Source: Laetmonice hystrix | Lineage: Eukaryota | Length of the DNA: 64,000 nucleotides | NCBI GenBank assembly: GCA_965235115.1 | Contig: OZ249445.1 | Location: forward strand, 21,018,001-21,082,000 | Reading direction: 5' to 3' | In this document: positions 38,614-52,239 of the stretch, one piece after another | How positions within the stretch are numbered: the stretch's first letter is position 1 | How the letters are laid out: each line of letters begins with the position of its first letter | Translations under genes and position numbers: made by a program | The notes under the pieces: generated by a model | Database searches by the model: none | What the model was told of the DNA's origin: nothing | The model's input: only the letters and a program-made list of their open reading frames with translations

Positions 38614-41600
38614 GTCTCCTCGGATTTACATGACAGTACCTGTCAGTTGTGATGTTCTCTACAAACGACATACAACAGCAGCCTACTTACCCCCCCCCCC
38701 CCCCTCCCACACCCACACACACACACACTCCACCCCGAGACCACATGACGAAAAGCTTGAGATCAGTGGATTCTAAGATGGTTGGTGGGTGCCTGTGCGA
38801 ACCATCTGTGATCAAACCTTTAAAAACCATGCCCTCCCCCCTCCAATATTACTGGTATACCTCAAGTCTCGACCTGGCTAAGTTTTTGTACTAAACAGCT
38901 TGTAAACGTTTGCAATACGTTTATATCTTGCTTTCTAGCTTTTCAATACAAGCAGACAGGACGACCTGCATTAGAAGTTGTTATGCCTTGAGATAGTTCT
39001 AGACCCTCCATGGTATCATACCCCTCCAACCCCCCTCCTCCAACCCGCCGCCCCCGCGTCTCCAGCATCCGTCAGGGACAAACGTAAGAGGTGAGAGTTC
39101 AGAAGGAATGCTCCCCCACCCCCATCTCCCGTTCCTACCGAGCATGCCACCCCAACCCGACACCGAACCCTTCCGACCTGGAGACGGGGCAGCAAACCGT
39201 GCCAAGCTTTCAGTGAAGAAATCAATCTGTTGCTGCCAGCCTCACCGTTGTAGCCACCGTGTCGCCTTGCTAGACAACCCTTGGGTCGTAACTTCCCGAG
39301 TGTCACAACCCTCCCTCCCATACCCCATCTCACGGGTCAGTGATCACGGGCTGACCCCCCCCCCCCCCCACACACACAATCCTCCTGCCACGTCCCGCGC
39401 CACTCAATCCCACTGAGGGCTATCAGGTCCGTCACGCATCATCGCACTCACCCCCCCCCCCCCATACTGTGGGAGCCCGGACAGCGGCGATGCTATCACT
39501 AAACTGATTGCAGGTTTTCATCCCAAGTGTCGGCCGAGATGGTTATATGTTGCCATCATTGTTCTAATCTTGTTATCGGCATGTCGAGATCTGTATCAAG
39601 TCGGCTGTCTACCACAGCAACGCAATGATATCATCGGTCCCAATCACAAATCATTTCATTTAGGTAACAAAAAAATTAATGGACTTATAAAGTCGGTAAT
39701 CATATCAGGGGAAACCACATGTTTCATTTCTCTAACAGAGAATGTGGCTCCGAGGCCATTTTTAAACTTAAAAAGATTACACTCATCAGAATAGTTGTTA
39801 AAGTCTGACTTGAAGGCATTTCATATCCCTTAGGTATCTCAGTTTTCTAAGGTAGGCGGGCACTGGAGAACTGGACTGGTGACTAAAGACAAACCCCCTC
39901 AAGTGGGTTTAAATCCAATATTGTATGTGGTGAATAAACCCAGTTCAGGTTCGCGAGTTCGCGGACAATGATACCACTGACATGTTCAATTCTTGAGGGT
40001 GTACATGTACTACTTTAGACTGCTTACATGACTGGAAATCTACCATCTGCTTAAAAACATCAAGTACCCTCTCATAGAATACCAATGGCAGACCCTCATG
40101 TCGGTTCATATAGCGGTCTAATTATGAGAACAACAGGGGTCTGATATAATACTTGTGTATGAGGACACACAGCAGGCATGGCTGGTACGTGCTAGGGGCT
40201 GATACGGCACTAAACTCCTGCTTCCTATCTCTGCATATCCATCGCTCACTCATATTTAATCTGATACGAGGGGGGAAAAAGTTATGTATGGGCACATTAA
40301 GATTATACAGGCAGTTATTTTCGTGCCTGGTAAAAAAAGGGAAGGGAGTTGTTCTCGGTGATGGTTAGTAAACAAAAGTACGTCCCAGTTTAATCATTCT
40401 GCCACGCTAGCAATACCATGCTGCCATTGAGGACCTAATAACATTAACTGAAAACTTTAATTAGTGGGCCAACTTAGAATTATGGCGAGCCAAAACACAC
40501 ACAGACACAAACAAACAACCCACAAGACTGGCCACCATGGAGAAGTAGAAAGAGACGGACACCTCCGACGAAAAACTTTCTTCCCAACTTTCCCGACCTG
40601 TCAGAATTGAATGACTGATTAATTAAACCAAACATGGGCTGCACCACCCAAAGACATTCATTAGACGTGAAAAGACCCGCTCCCGATGTGAATTCGCAGT
40701 GTGCCGGTTAAGCCCACCCAGAAACAGACCCGCAGTAATTTCCTCCAGTCCATGTAACACTATATCCGCGCCTGGATGCTAACAATCGGAGTCAACATGA
40801 ATCACTCGTCTGCTATGTGTATCTCGATGACGTCTCATCATTTCAACACTTCATCTCTCAGGTTTCACCAGCACAACAAATTCACCTGCACCCTCATCAT
40901 TATTCAATTTCGGCCGCCGTGGCCATCAACGAATTATATTTTTAAAGCCAGACGGAACGCCCCCGCCTGCTGTAAGTTTGTAACTGAGGAGAACTGACTG
41001 CTAATATTGTAATACTGCCGAGTTGGAAATAGATACATCAAACGTGGCTTTATTATGAAGCTACTTTAAGCGTAGATCTACTTACGGTGCATCTCCGACA
41101 GCCTACTCGATATTCCGAATTGATGCTAAACCTGTTCAAAAGATTTGCAACTGATTTTTCAAACGCCTCCCAGTGTGAAATATTATAATTAAACGTGCTG
41201 CCGTTTGTAAAAGAACATTTTCCGAGTCTACGCGATCCCAAACACGTTTGGTATCCCAGCCTCCCGTAGGTCCCGCCGAGTTGTACCAGGTTGGCTTGGA
41301 AGGAGACTTTGCTGAGTCAGGAAAGGGCGCAAGAGCAATGCAATTAATATGCGCCGAAAGTGACTTTCGGCTTTTATCCCCTTTCCGCATTTGATAAAAC
41401 AGGTATCTCTTATGGGCCACCGTAACAAGTTATCTAACTTTCTGCAAAACTTTAGGGTCAATACGAAAAGCTTGCGAGAATCGCACAAACAAGGTTACGG
41501 GCTATAGAGATGTAAAAACAGTTGTAGTCTCTGCCAATCGCTGATGTCACATGGAACACCGCAGGCAGACAGGTGAACATTGGTAACCAGTCTGATATCC

Positions 41601-43024
41601 CCACCCTCACTCCCCTCCCTCCTCAACATCCCCCAGCAACATATCGAAATGACACCACACCGCTATCGCCAACTCATCATCCGGACAACATAAAAAACCT
41701 ACTTATGATTGCTAGCCAATAGCAAGAAAGTAAAGTATCATATTACAGAAACAACCTCCTCTGGTCGTCAGAGGGGAAGCCAATAGGCAAGCCACTGCAA
41801 TATATGAAGGCCACCGAAATCCAATCCTGATAATTCTGATATTTACCAGATATGGAAAATAAGAGCAAGCCAGAAGCAGAAATATGGGCACATCAATTTG
41901 CGAGTGCGTTCCGAGAATTGAACCTTGTGTCTCCACTGGAGCCATTGGCCTGCCCGCAGGCTAAGTTTACCTTAGTGGTTAGTGTATTAATACCTGGGGT
42001 TGGAGCTCAGTCGAAGGGTCAGAATCACTTCAGTTTCCGCAGGCGTCCAATAAAGGAGCTAATCACATTTCGCCATGAACCCGACACCGGGCCAGCACGG
42101 GTCAGCGACGATAGCCTCATTATTTATAATATCCACCGTCCCACCGCCCGCTAAACTATGTGCCCCTCCGCAAACAAGATTAACTTTAAAAGGGCATTCA
42201 AGCAAATTGAAATCTGAAGATTATAAGTGTCTTAAACCGAGCACACAGAGCTTTTATTCAAACAACGAAAACTCAAACCGACAGCCTAATTGATTCACGG
42301 TCTCAAGTCGACCTCCAAGTCATAATACTGACTTCACATGACACAGTTTGGTGATACCTGAAACAGCAGCGTCTCAGGCGAAGTCCGCTTTAGGCCATTA
42401 TATATTCAAAACCAAACGCTTGCATACCCCACCCAATCTTCACACCCCAGCCTACCCCCTCACCCAACCACCCCCACCAGACCAGCGTAGAGCACCTGGC
42501 CTTCATTTGCTCCGGCTGTCTGCGCCCCAGATAGGGTCAGGCCGACTGATTGAACTCTTTACTTACAAGTACTCTTTCATCTTATTAACCTTATCGTATC
42601 TGGGTCAGTCCAGCGATAATCAGGTTAATTCAGGCCAAGGCCTTGATTGCCTCTGGAACCACACAGGACTAAGTAATCTCCTTCATTAAACCAGATGGAG
42701 TTCTTGAGGTCCCAACCAAGTTATGAACAGAAACCTAAGCGTTAACAACTCAACGCCCTTTGGACAAATTGATTTAGTCACATAATAACACATTTCAGAG
42801 AGAGATTGAAGCATGAAGATTTCACACTATCCAGATTCGCATGGATAGGGAGTACGTATAGAAAGACTTGGGTACTTCTTATGTATAGAATACAAGTGAT
42901 AACTACTGGACATGATCGTCGGGGGAAAGAAAAGTGAGAACCTTGTGCCACCATCTCCTGTGACGGTCTTTAAAATACCTCAACCTTCTCTTGATTAAAC
43001 ACACGGCACGTGTACTTGATCTCC

Positions 43025-43078
43025 CACTCACTCACTCACTCACTCAGATCACTCACTCACTCACTCACTCAGATCACT
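43025..43078. repeat. (CACT)n microsatellite, itself duplicated with a CAGAT interruption
   Basis: (CACT)5-CAGAT pattern occurs twice. Confidence 0.93.
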
Positions 43079-43949
43079 TTCAAACCTGTCAACTCTGTCT
43101 AAGAATTAAGGGACCATGACATGAAATGGCTTAATGAAAGTCAAACAGCCCTCCTGTAATTACTGAAAGCTAAGATTTGGGTAAATACGTACGAAATATA
43201 TGGCTTCCACGGCTTCATAAAGGAACGTTGGAGCCGCAGGCTCGACGAGTTTTATGCAGGAGAACTCGGTAATTCTCATCTAAGCCGCAAGTGGGCGCTA
43301 CATCTCCGGATAACTCAAATTTCCCCTGCCTCCGCCAGGGGAACACGTGACGTCATGTACAGTTGAGGTCAAGGTCATCTTCCACATGCGTCTCATCGTC
43401 GCCATTACGTCTTCAGTCTATCGTCCCAATATTATCCTTAGATAACTTATATCTTCTTCTGTTTGAATCATATTTAATTTTTACATTCTTCTTAACCCGG
43501 ATGGTGCAGTGAGGGCTCACCCTGGGTGGTGACACATTTCAATGTTATCTTCTATATCACTGTCAGTCAGTGCAGCGTGGGCTCACTTTCTGAATATTTA
43601 CATCCTTTTGTTTTAATATTGAATAAATATGTGTCACCCATTCAGCAACAATAAGGTGTCCGAGTTCTGCCTGCATAAACACTGTCCTGCCTGTGGGCGA
43701 GTTTCGCGAATTAGCACCTCACGTGCCAGGTATTTCAGATTGAAATGGAAACCATTGGTAGAAGTACTTACATTTGTAGAATTTCTATTGTCCCAATATA
43801 TCCCATATGTACATGTATATAGGCTTCTGATTTATGTTTCCCACGCCTACTTCTGACATTCGCAAATCAGTATAACTAATACGGTTTTTTTTATATGGTT
43901 ATCCCTGATTATTTCTGGGAATGAACCCTTTAACAGCCTGTTCCTCTCA

Positions 43950-44435
43950 GTGAACCTGCTGCCCAGAATCTGTCTTCCGCCTGGACTGCCCAGTGTACCT
44001 GCTGCCCAGAGTCAGTCTCCATCCTGGACTGCCCAGTGTACCTGCTGCCCAGAGTCTGTCTCCATCCTGGACTGCCCACTCTGTCTCCCGCCTGGACTGC
44101 AAAGTGTACCTGCTGCCCAAAGTCTGTCTCCGGCCTGGACTGCCCAGGGTGTACCTGCTGCCCAGAGTCTGTCTCCAGCCTGGACTGCCCACTCTGTCTC
44201 CCGCCTGGACTGCAAAGTGTACCTGCTGCCCAAAGTCTGTCTCCGGCCTGGACTGCCCAGTGTACCTGCTGCCCAAAGTCTGTCTCCAGCCTGGACTGCC
44301 CAGTGTACCTGCTCCCCAGAGTCTATCTCCATCCTAGACTGCCCAGTCTGTCTCCCGTCTGGACTGCCCAGGGTGTACCTGCTGCCCAGAGTCTGTCTCC
44401 GGCCTGGACTACCCAGGGTGTACCTGCTGCCCAGA
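43950..44435. repeat. 43-bp minisatellite with 25/27/45-bp variant units
   Basis: Unit GTGTACCTGCTGCCCAGAGTCTGTCTCCAGCCTGGACTGCCCA; short units at 44079, 44192 and 44346. Confidence 0.96.
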
Positions 44436-44657
44436 TCCAGATGTTGACCACACAAGCTGTTCGCACCATTAGTACGGGTCAGAAGGTGGCTGACCCACAT
44501 CCCACACTCTCATTGGTTCCTCCTCAGAAATCATATCGGTTTGCCCAACTATTAGACTGACGGTCTTTTAGATTTATTCAGACATGCTGGGCCAACACCT
44601 TTATCATCAAAGACATGGTTACAGCCAACAGTACTGGTGCTATTACATGCAATCGCT

Positions 44658-44746
44658 TTCACTACATTCACTAACTCGGATCGAATCGGTCATCCTAAGA
44701 TTCACTACATTCACTAACTCGGATCGAATCGGTCATCCTAAGATTC
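44658..44746. repeat. 43-bp tandem duplication
   Basis: TTCACTACATTCACTAACTCGGATCGAATCGGTCATCCTAAGA twice, perfect. Confidence 0.95.
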
Positions 44747-45681
44747 CATTTTTACTAGGCCTATACCTTTGTGATATTTCCATCGTACCTTTAAGAAAGT
44801 CGACCTGATTACCTCGTGTATACGGAGCAGTGCATGTTGTAGCCTACGCTGCTGACGAGCTTTCTGATGACTCATACTATATGATATTTACGTTTTCCAC
44901 ATCAAAGGATTCTGACGTGTTCAAACTGATTATAGTCAGACTATACTCTAGCTTCAGGGGCATCTCTTCCTGGAAGAATGGTGGGGGAGGTTTCGGACGA
45001 ATTGCAAAATTCTGTGAGAAGTAAATGCATAACGTATGTGTGTGCCATTGTGTAGGTACTATTTAGAGGGTAGCAGAGGGTAGCATCTTCTCGGGCACCT
45101 TTAAATTGTGAATTTGGTTGAATTTGAATTTTGTTGAATTCACACATCGCAATAAAATGGTATAATATGTAATCTATCCATAATTGTCATATCCACTTTT
45201 CCTCGCTCACAAATTTACAGAACGCGGATCAGAATCTGTTGGTCAACTACAACGTCACGACTGACCGCCTCATACCGTATGTGACGTCACTATCAATTAA
45301 CGCTCACCTACCTGACAACTGTTAAAGATTCCATCGGATAATATTGATTTTACACATTTCTAAATGGATCCGAACATAGCTTCTCCCATAAGTAAACACA
45401 CATTTTGGCTTATTAGTATTCTATTTCGTCTCTCCACTGGTTTGATACCCCTGCCTTAGTCACGCTCCCACACTGTGTTGTCAGCCCCAAGTATTACCGG
45501 CTTCAGTCAAACCCATCCTTACCTCCCCTATCGATAATAATAATAAGCCATCCCAGCGGTTCCAACTCCCCCCTCCCGGGCCGGTGAATGGACCAGCCCG
45601 GTCGAGCTGCCAGTGATAAGCCGGAGTCAGCTGGGGTGGAGGGATTAGTCTGGGAGGCAGCGCCGCCGCTCCCATCCCCAG

Positions 45682-45791
45682 ATTTACTATTGGATTATCA
45701 CGACGGCCGATACCCAAAGACACGGATATACCTGCGCTATCACCACCCAGGGTCTTCAAGTCGACGGCCTGAGAATTTCTCCAGGCTACCG
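45682..45791 (+). CDS. Candidate internal exon (110 nt), product unknown
   Basis: Acceptor cccatccccag|A and donor CCG|GTAAGT. Two frames are open (IYYWIITTADTQRHGYTCAITTQGLQVDGLRISPGY or DLLLDYHDGRYPKTRIYLRYHHPGSSSRRPENFSRLP). Confidence 0.2.
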
Positions 45792-47923
45792 GTAAGTAGT
45801 GTGCTAAATGCTCAAGTGTTGGGTTTGAACGGGCGGGCGGGAGCGGCGAGTTATCGGTGGGGCCTTTTGTAAGCACGCCGCCGAGTCGTGCCAGTTATCG
45901 GCCCCTTTATAAGTGTTAGCGACTCGCCGTGTCAGTGATAGCGAGATAGCGGTTTGTCAGCCGTGCTTCAGTCTCAAGTAGTCGTCTTGTCTGACGCTGT
46001 ATCTGAAGAGAAAGAGGAGGAGACGGGACGGGTTTCTTTGTGTACGGTGACGGCCGGGTATGGGGGATGGTGGAGTGGCGACTCCCGAGGTTGGGTATCC
46101 CCCTGTTTTGGTTCATGACTGGCGTGAGAAGCCACGGCGAGGGAGGCAGAGCTTGGCGGCTGCAGCGGCCGGCTGCTGCTGCTGATGCTGGGGCCGACCA
46201 TGATGCTGGGGAGGATGGAGCCAGCCAGGTCTGAGTCTGGCGGAGATGATGTGGGAAGGAGGGCAAACTTCATCAACTGCTGCCGATGACTCCCCAACAG
46301 TTGTAAAGACATCGCCACTTTATGATTGACACGCCGTGTCAGATGTCAGCGGCTGGCCGGGGAACATTTCAGGGGCGGCACTGGGCTGACCTCAGCCTTC
46401 CCAATCCTCTACCACTCTCTGCCTGCCTCTGCCTCCAGTCGTATACCTCAACCCTCCTATAAAGCAATCCAAGCCTGAGACTATGCAAGGCATCCTGGAA
46501 TGGACAAATCAAAGTTGGTTTTGAAGTCCTGTGGCTTTTAGAAAAAGAAACTTCCTATAGGAAACCACTCCTTTAAGAAGGGGGGGGGTACTCGGGAGAA
46601 AAACAGATTGGAGCTTAAAACATATCAAAAACGTCCTTCCTTTAGATTCCTATATTCACGGTATGTTTGGGATGAGAGACACCAAACATCAACCCTAGCT
46701 TCCACAGACCACCTGCTGTACAGTTAGCAGCAGAGACGGCTGCGGTTCCCAGTAACTTCTTTCAACTTTAATCTCATCACTGATAATCAACGAAACTGGT
46801 TTTACGGCTTTGCTCTCCTTTATGTGTTACAGATTACACAAATGATCCACACTTCAGATAACTTAGACCAACACCACTGAAATAATCCAGACACTGTTAG
46901 TGTTGTGTATTATTAGTAGCCAGCAGTCGGGGTGATCAGATCGCGATCAGGAACTGTCGAGGGGCCCATTCATTCCGCCTTCGGTTGGGGAGGTAACTCA
47001 CAAAGTCATAGTAAATTCTGAATAACAGTAAAAGCAGAAGTTTGGGGACGACAATGCTATATGACCTCTGACGATTACTCATGACATCATAAAGACCAAG
47101 TCCTCGGTGTCATTACATATCTGCAATAACATCAAAATGTATCAGGAGTGTCTTCCAGAATACTCGCCCACTGAGGCTGGGGTATGCGGGAATAACCGGT
47201 TTATTCTGTTGCTGTCAATAGACCAAGTCCAACACCGTAACAACATAAAGGAGCAGACGTATAGGCCTATAGTTTAGGGCTTTGTATGGCTACGTTACTT
47301 GTGGGCAAATACCAGAAGGCGGCCCTCGAGGGGTGTTTGTAGAGGTGGATAAACCCACCTGGCCGGGGGAGGGAGGAGAGCGGTCGGTGCCCCGCCGGTG
47401 TAGCCGGGAGGTTGGGCCAGGAGGTGCCGTGACACGTCGGTCGGTCGGTCGGGCACACGGCAAGGTGTCAGGTGGGCCACCGACTGACTTTAACAACAGG
47501 ATCCCACGACGACCGCCCGTATAAATCAAACCCCTCCCGGGGTCTTCCCACACACCGAGCCGTGGCTCTTGCCCTGGGAATGTCTTCCATCAAGTGGCAG
47601 GGTGGCAGGGTTGGTTGAACCGAGTGCCACTCCAACAATTGCCCGCAATGGATGCGGAACCAAAGGTGCGCCTGAAGCCAGTGTTAATTAACTACTAAAT
47701 ATTCACGCCTATATACGTGAACGGTATGTACCTGTTGAATGAAGGGGTCTAACTGTTTGGTAACTAAAGGATCACCTCAAACTGAGGGATGGGTCCATCA
47801 ATACTTGGTGTGAGTCTCAAATACCTTCATACAACGTACATAATGGCACAGAGGTGAACTCCTGCATGAACCACTGCCTCATTTGAAACCTGTTCTTTCC
47901 TTGTTCAGTTATATTTTCTTCAG

Positions 47924-47949
47924 GCTGTTACGAAAACGGCTTCTTTATG
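47924..47949 (+). CDS. Candidate 26-nt microexon
   Basis: Acceptor tattttcttcag|G and donor ATG|GTGAGC; reads (G)CYENGFFM or AVTKTASL. Confidence 0.22.
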
Positions 47950-49342
47950 GTGAGCATACCCACCATTGAATTTAAACTGCTGCCTTCCTATACATTATGT
48001 TCCTATACAAAGACGTTACCCGGTTTTGTATAGAGTACCATTAGGATATTTCTCTAACCGTCATTGTTCACTCACTGCCGTACTTCACAATAATTCTCTA
48101 CCAGAATGTAGAAGAGTTAAACACGAGTACAGAATGAGAGCACAGTTCCGAGTCGATGTGGCGCGAGGTTGTACCGCCCATGTTAAGCCCGACTCTGCCG
48201 ACTCTTTAAGAGAAACTTCCACGTCAGCACGACAAGAATCGACGTATATCCGAGCAAATACAGGCCTTTTAGAAACTCCTCCCAATGAACTTAGGACATG
48301 CAACCGGGCTGAACACTACCACGGAGTCGCTCTTACAGCAGGAGCGGTACTTATGTCTCGCTGCAACAGAGCAGGAGATTTGGAGTTAAGTGGCCTAGAC
48401 CCCCCCCCCCCCCCTCAAGAATTTTGTTTTAATCTCACACACAAATAATCCCATTCTATATAGGGCCTACTCATTGCTCAAATCAACCTTAGCAAAGAAA
48501 ACTGAACTGTATGAGTGTATCACCGTCTGCGCCCTTGATTGGCTCAGCTTGTCTCTGCTGATATTTGAATATCTCCGAGCCTGCACGTTATTCTGAGGTC
48601 TATTCATACTGTAATGTGGTTTGGCTATCAGACCAGCCGAGCGCACTGTAAATCGTGTGTTGTCGACAAGCTATACGGAAGGCGAGCTGATTTCAGCGTC
48701 ACAGTCGTTTTCTGCCTGGTAGAATTTTCCTCATGACCTGTGATTTGAGAATGGCGACTGACCCTTGTTTGATGGATACCTCATTATTTTTTTACCTTCA
48801 CCCACACAACCCCAGGTGGCCAACCAACATCTGGTCTTTGTTGCAAATCTAGAATTCCCAATTGTTTCATGCCAGTTTTTCATTAGGCAATCATCATCCA
48901 TATTCATGAGTTCCCTTAAAAAACAACTTTATGGGCAGATGTTCCAGTTGTGTTCGCTGTTTCCATCATGATACAATTTTACAAAACCACACAAAAACGA
49001 AATAAAAGGTAGGTGATTTCCCCCCATTTTATGAATGTTAGCCATGTTTTCACCTCTAAAAACACCTTAATCAGCTCAGCATGTGTAATGACACAAATAA
49101 AACCTTTCGGATTTCTTTAAGCCTGATTCAACCACAAGCTGAGATACGGATATAAATCCAAGACTTCCCCTTAATGACGTCTCAATGCCAGGTGATGCTC
49201 GGACACTGCGTGCTCCATTACATTCTAATAATAGCCCTGATCAACAGGTATAACACATGAGGAGACAATGGATAGCGAATCCCGCCCTCCGTGGCGCCAC
49301 CTATCGGTCACGGCGCGTACCCTGTTCACTACTCATCCATCT

Positions 49343-49579
49343 CATCCCATTCTCCGCGACCAGTGGTGGATACTGGTACACCTGGCCACATTCGTCCTCC
49401 ACCATCCCATTCTCCGCGACCAGTGGTGGATACTGGTACACCTGGCCACATTCGTCCTCCACCATCCCATTCTCCGCGACCAGTGGTGGATACTGGTACA
49501 CCTGGCCACATTCGTCCTCCACCATCCCATTCTCCGCGACCAGTGGTGGATACTGTACACCTGGCCACATTCGTCCTCC
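49343..49579. repeat. 60-bp minisatellite, about 4 copies
   Basis: Unit CATCCCATTCTCCGCGACCAGTGGTGGATACTGGTACACCTGGCCACATTCGTCCTCCAC; the last copy has a 1-bp deletion. Confidence 0.97.
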
Positions 49580-50350
49580 CCGGGAGGGGGTGGGTGGGTG
49601 GTGAGGGGGGTGACTATGGAATGAACGTGGGAGCGGATTAGTGCATCATGGCGGATTATCACCAGCTCACATAGTGGTGCTCACTCACAATGAGACTTCA
49701 CTTATTGTACCTTACGGCCTGCTGGTCGATCCTTGATTAAAGTAGGGGCTTACCCCCGCCACAGATCGTACCTTACAATTCTTGGCCCCCACGCAGCGCC
49801 AGCTCAAAAATACCCCCCCCCCCCCACCCCCACCCCCACCCCACCCCATTCCCAGGGATGAACACTGAACACATCAACCCAAGTTCATGAACCAAATTGA
49901 GAAATTCAAATAATAATAATCAATAATGACACCGAACTCGCGTTTCTCAAACAGATAATTCGCAAGATTCTAACTACAAACAGTAACTTCTGCCTAATTC
50001 TCTGGGTGTCTCTCAGATAATTTAACCGCTTTCCAGTAGGAATCTGGACAGGTACAATATTCACGTGTGATATCACAAGCTGCTATTGCTAATACCTTGA
50101 ATTCCAACCAGCCCGCCGAACGCCCTTTTTCCCGTGGCGCTGCACACGTAACACCGCCATATCTTTGCTTCAAAGGTATTTCACGGATCAGATACTGGTA
50201 TATGATCATGACAAATTATCACCTGTCTTAGCGCAGTAGGTTCAGGGTAACTCGTTTATACTGGGACTGGCGGCGTGGATAGTGTCTGTCATCCCCCCTC
50301 TCCCAGGATGATACATGGGTCCGTATATTGACATCTCCCCAGGTACATAC

Positions 50351-50405
50351 CTGTGTGAGACCTCCAGTGTCATATATTCTAACACCTTGTCAAAGTCTTC
50401 GCTTC
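50351..50405 (-). CDS. Candidate internal exon (55 nt)
   Basis: Acceptor tactctatag|G and donor CAG|GTATGT; only the phase-1 frame is open: (G)SEDFDKVLEYMTLEVSH. Confidence 0.22.
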
Positions 50406-50772
50406 CTATAGAGTATAGTTCAGCTTCAGTGGTCCTCAAGCCGGGGGTGAGGGATAGAGGAGGGTCTGAACGTTTCTATGTGTGTTAGGTCGGGGTGGAT
50501 TCAGCACCCCACCTGACCGACATGACAGGGTGAGACCCAGATTGGGGTGTACAGGAAAGCAGATATATTATATACCTTGTCAATCCGGGACAACCGTCTG
50601 ATGAGACAGGCTACCGATGGAGGTTGACGTGAGGAGGGTTCAGGGTGTGGGGAGGGGGGTACCGTGCCATGGGTCGCCCCCTAGTGATGCTTGATGTAAC
50701 GAGTCCCTCCCGTTCTCCACGGCCCCGCCCTGGAGGGGTTCTCTCCCGTACGTATTGCTCCAGGTGGCTTAC

Positions 50773-50826
50773 CAGCAGGAGTAGCACCCGGGAGTACATG
50801 GAGTAGCCATGACTGAAATATATCAC
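50773..50826 (-). CDS. Candidate internal exon (54 nt)
   Basis: Strong acceptor ccttttttccccag|G and donor CTG|GTAAGC; reads (G)DIFQSWLLHVLPGATPA or VIYFSHGYSMYSRVLLLL. Confidence 0.28.
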
Positions 50827-51419
50827 CTGGGGAAAAAAGGACCCAGCCTCAAAACGACACAAAACATGGATACTACGATGTAAGAAGTAGGAGTTTCTGA
50901 TATGGAAGACAAACTAGAACCTCGTGCTTACACTAAAAACTGCGGGTTGCACGAGTCTTGTCAGGTTTGGTAGAAGCTGTGGGACAAGTTCGTGAAATTC
51001 CAAAATATGATTAAGTGTATAAGATTGGTGTACAGCCTCAGTCTGAAGTAAGCTTTGGGGATCCTATACTGGTGCGCCCCTGGGCAGTAGGTGTTGACCT
51101 ACAAACCGTCAGGTAACATCCGTCATTTGTTGACGTAGATTTAAATTAACGTCACAGTCTCTCACAGACTCCATGATGTCACAACACTGACACCTACAGA
51201 CGTGCTATCTGAATTACCTGTCAGATACCATTCACCTTGATCTACAGTTCTTTGATTTTGTTCGTCTTTGATATCCATGAACGAACACATAGTTCATTGA
51301 GGCTGTCTGTCATATTCCAGCACCGAACTTCACCCTTTCTTTAATCATCCGAGCAGTTCTCAATTAACAGCAAACGCTTCATGTCAATAGAGATAACTGT
51401 TAAGTCCATACAGGAGCGA

Positions 51420-52192
51420 CTGACACACCTGATCTACGGATTGCCACACCTGATCTACCAACACCTGGGACTGCCACACCTGATCTACCAACACCCGGGA
51501 CTGCCACACCTGATCTACCAACACCTGGGACTGCCACACCTGATCTACCAACACCTGGGACTGCCACACCTGATCTACCAACACCTGGGACTGTCACACC
51601 TGATCTACCAACACCTGGGACTGCCACACCTGATCTACCAACACCCGGGACTGCCACACCTGATCTACCAACACCTGGGACTGCCACACCTGATCTACCA
51701 ACACCCGGGACTGCCACACCTGATCTACCAACACCTGGGACTGCCACACCTGATCTACCAACACCTGGGACTGTCACACCTGATCTACCAACACCTGGGA
51801 CTGCCACACCTGATCTACCAACACCTGGGACTGCCACACCTGATCTACCAACACCTGGGACTGCCACACCTGATCTACCAACACCTGGGACTGCCACACC
51901 TGATCTACCAACACCTGGGACTGCCACACCTGATCTACCAACACCTGGGACTGCCACACCTGATCTACCAACACCTGGGACTGCTACATCTGATCTACCA
52001 ACACCTGGGACTGCCACACCTGATCTACCAACACCTGGGACTGCCACACCTGATCTACCAACACCTGGGACTGCCACACCTGACCTACCAACACCTGGGA
52101 CTGCCACACCTGATCTACCAACACCTGGGACTGCTACATCTGATCTACCAACACCTGGGACTGCCACACCTGATCTACCAACACCTGGGACT
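51420..52192. repeat. 30-bp minisatellite, about 25 full copies plus partial units
   Basis: Unit CTGCCACACCTGATCTACCAACACCTGGGA. Confidence 0.98.
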
Positions 52193-52239
52193 CGAGGAGT
52201 GCGAGCGAGGCTTTCATTGAACCCGGCAGAGTGTATCCG

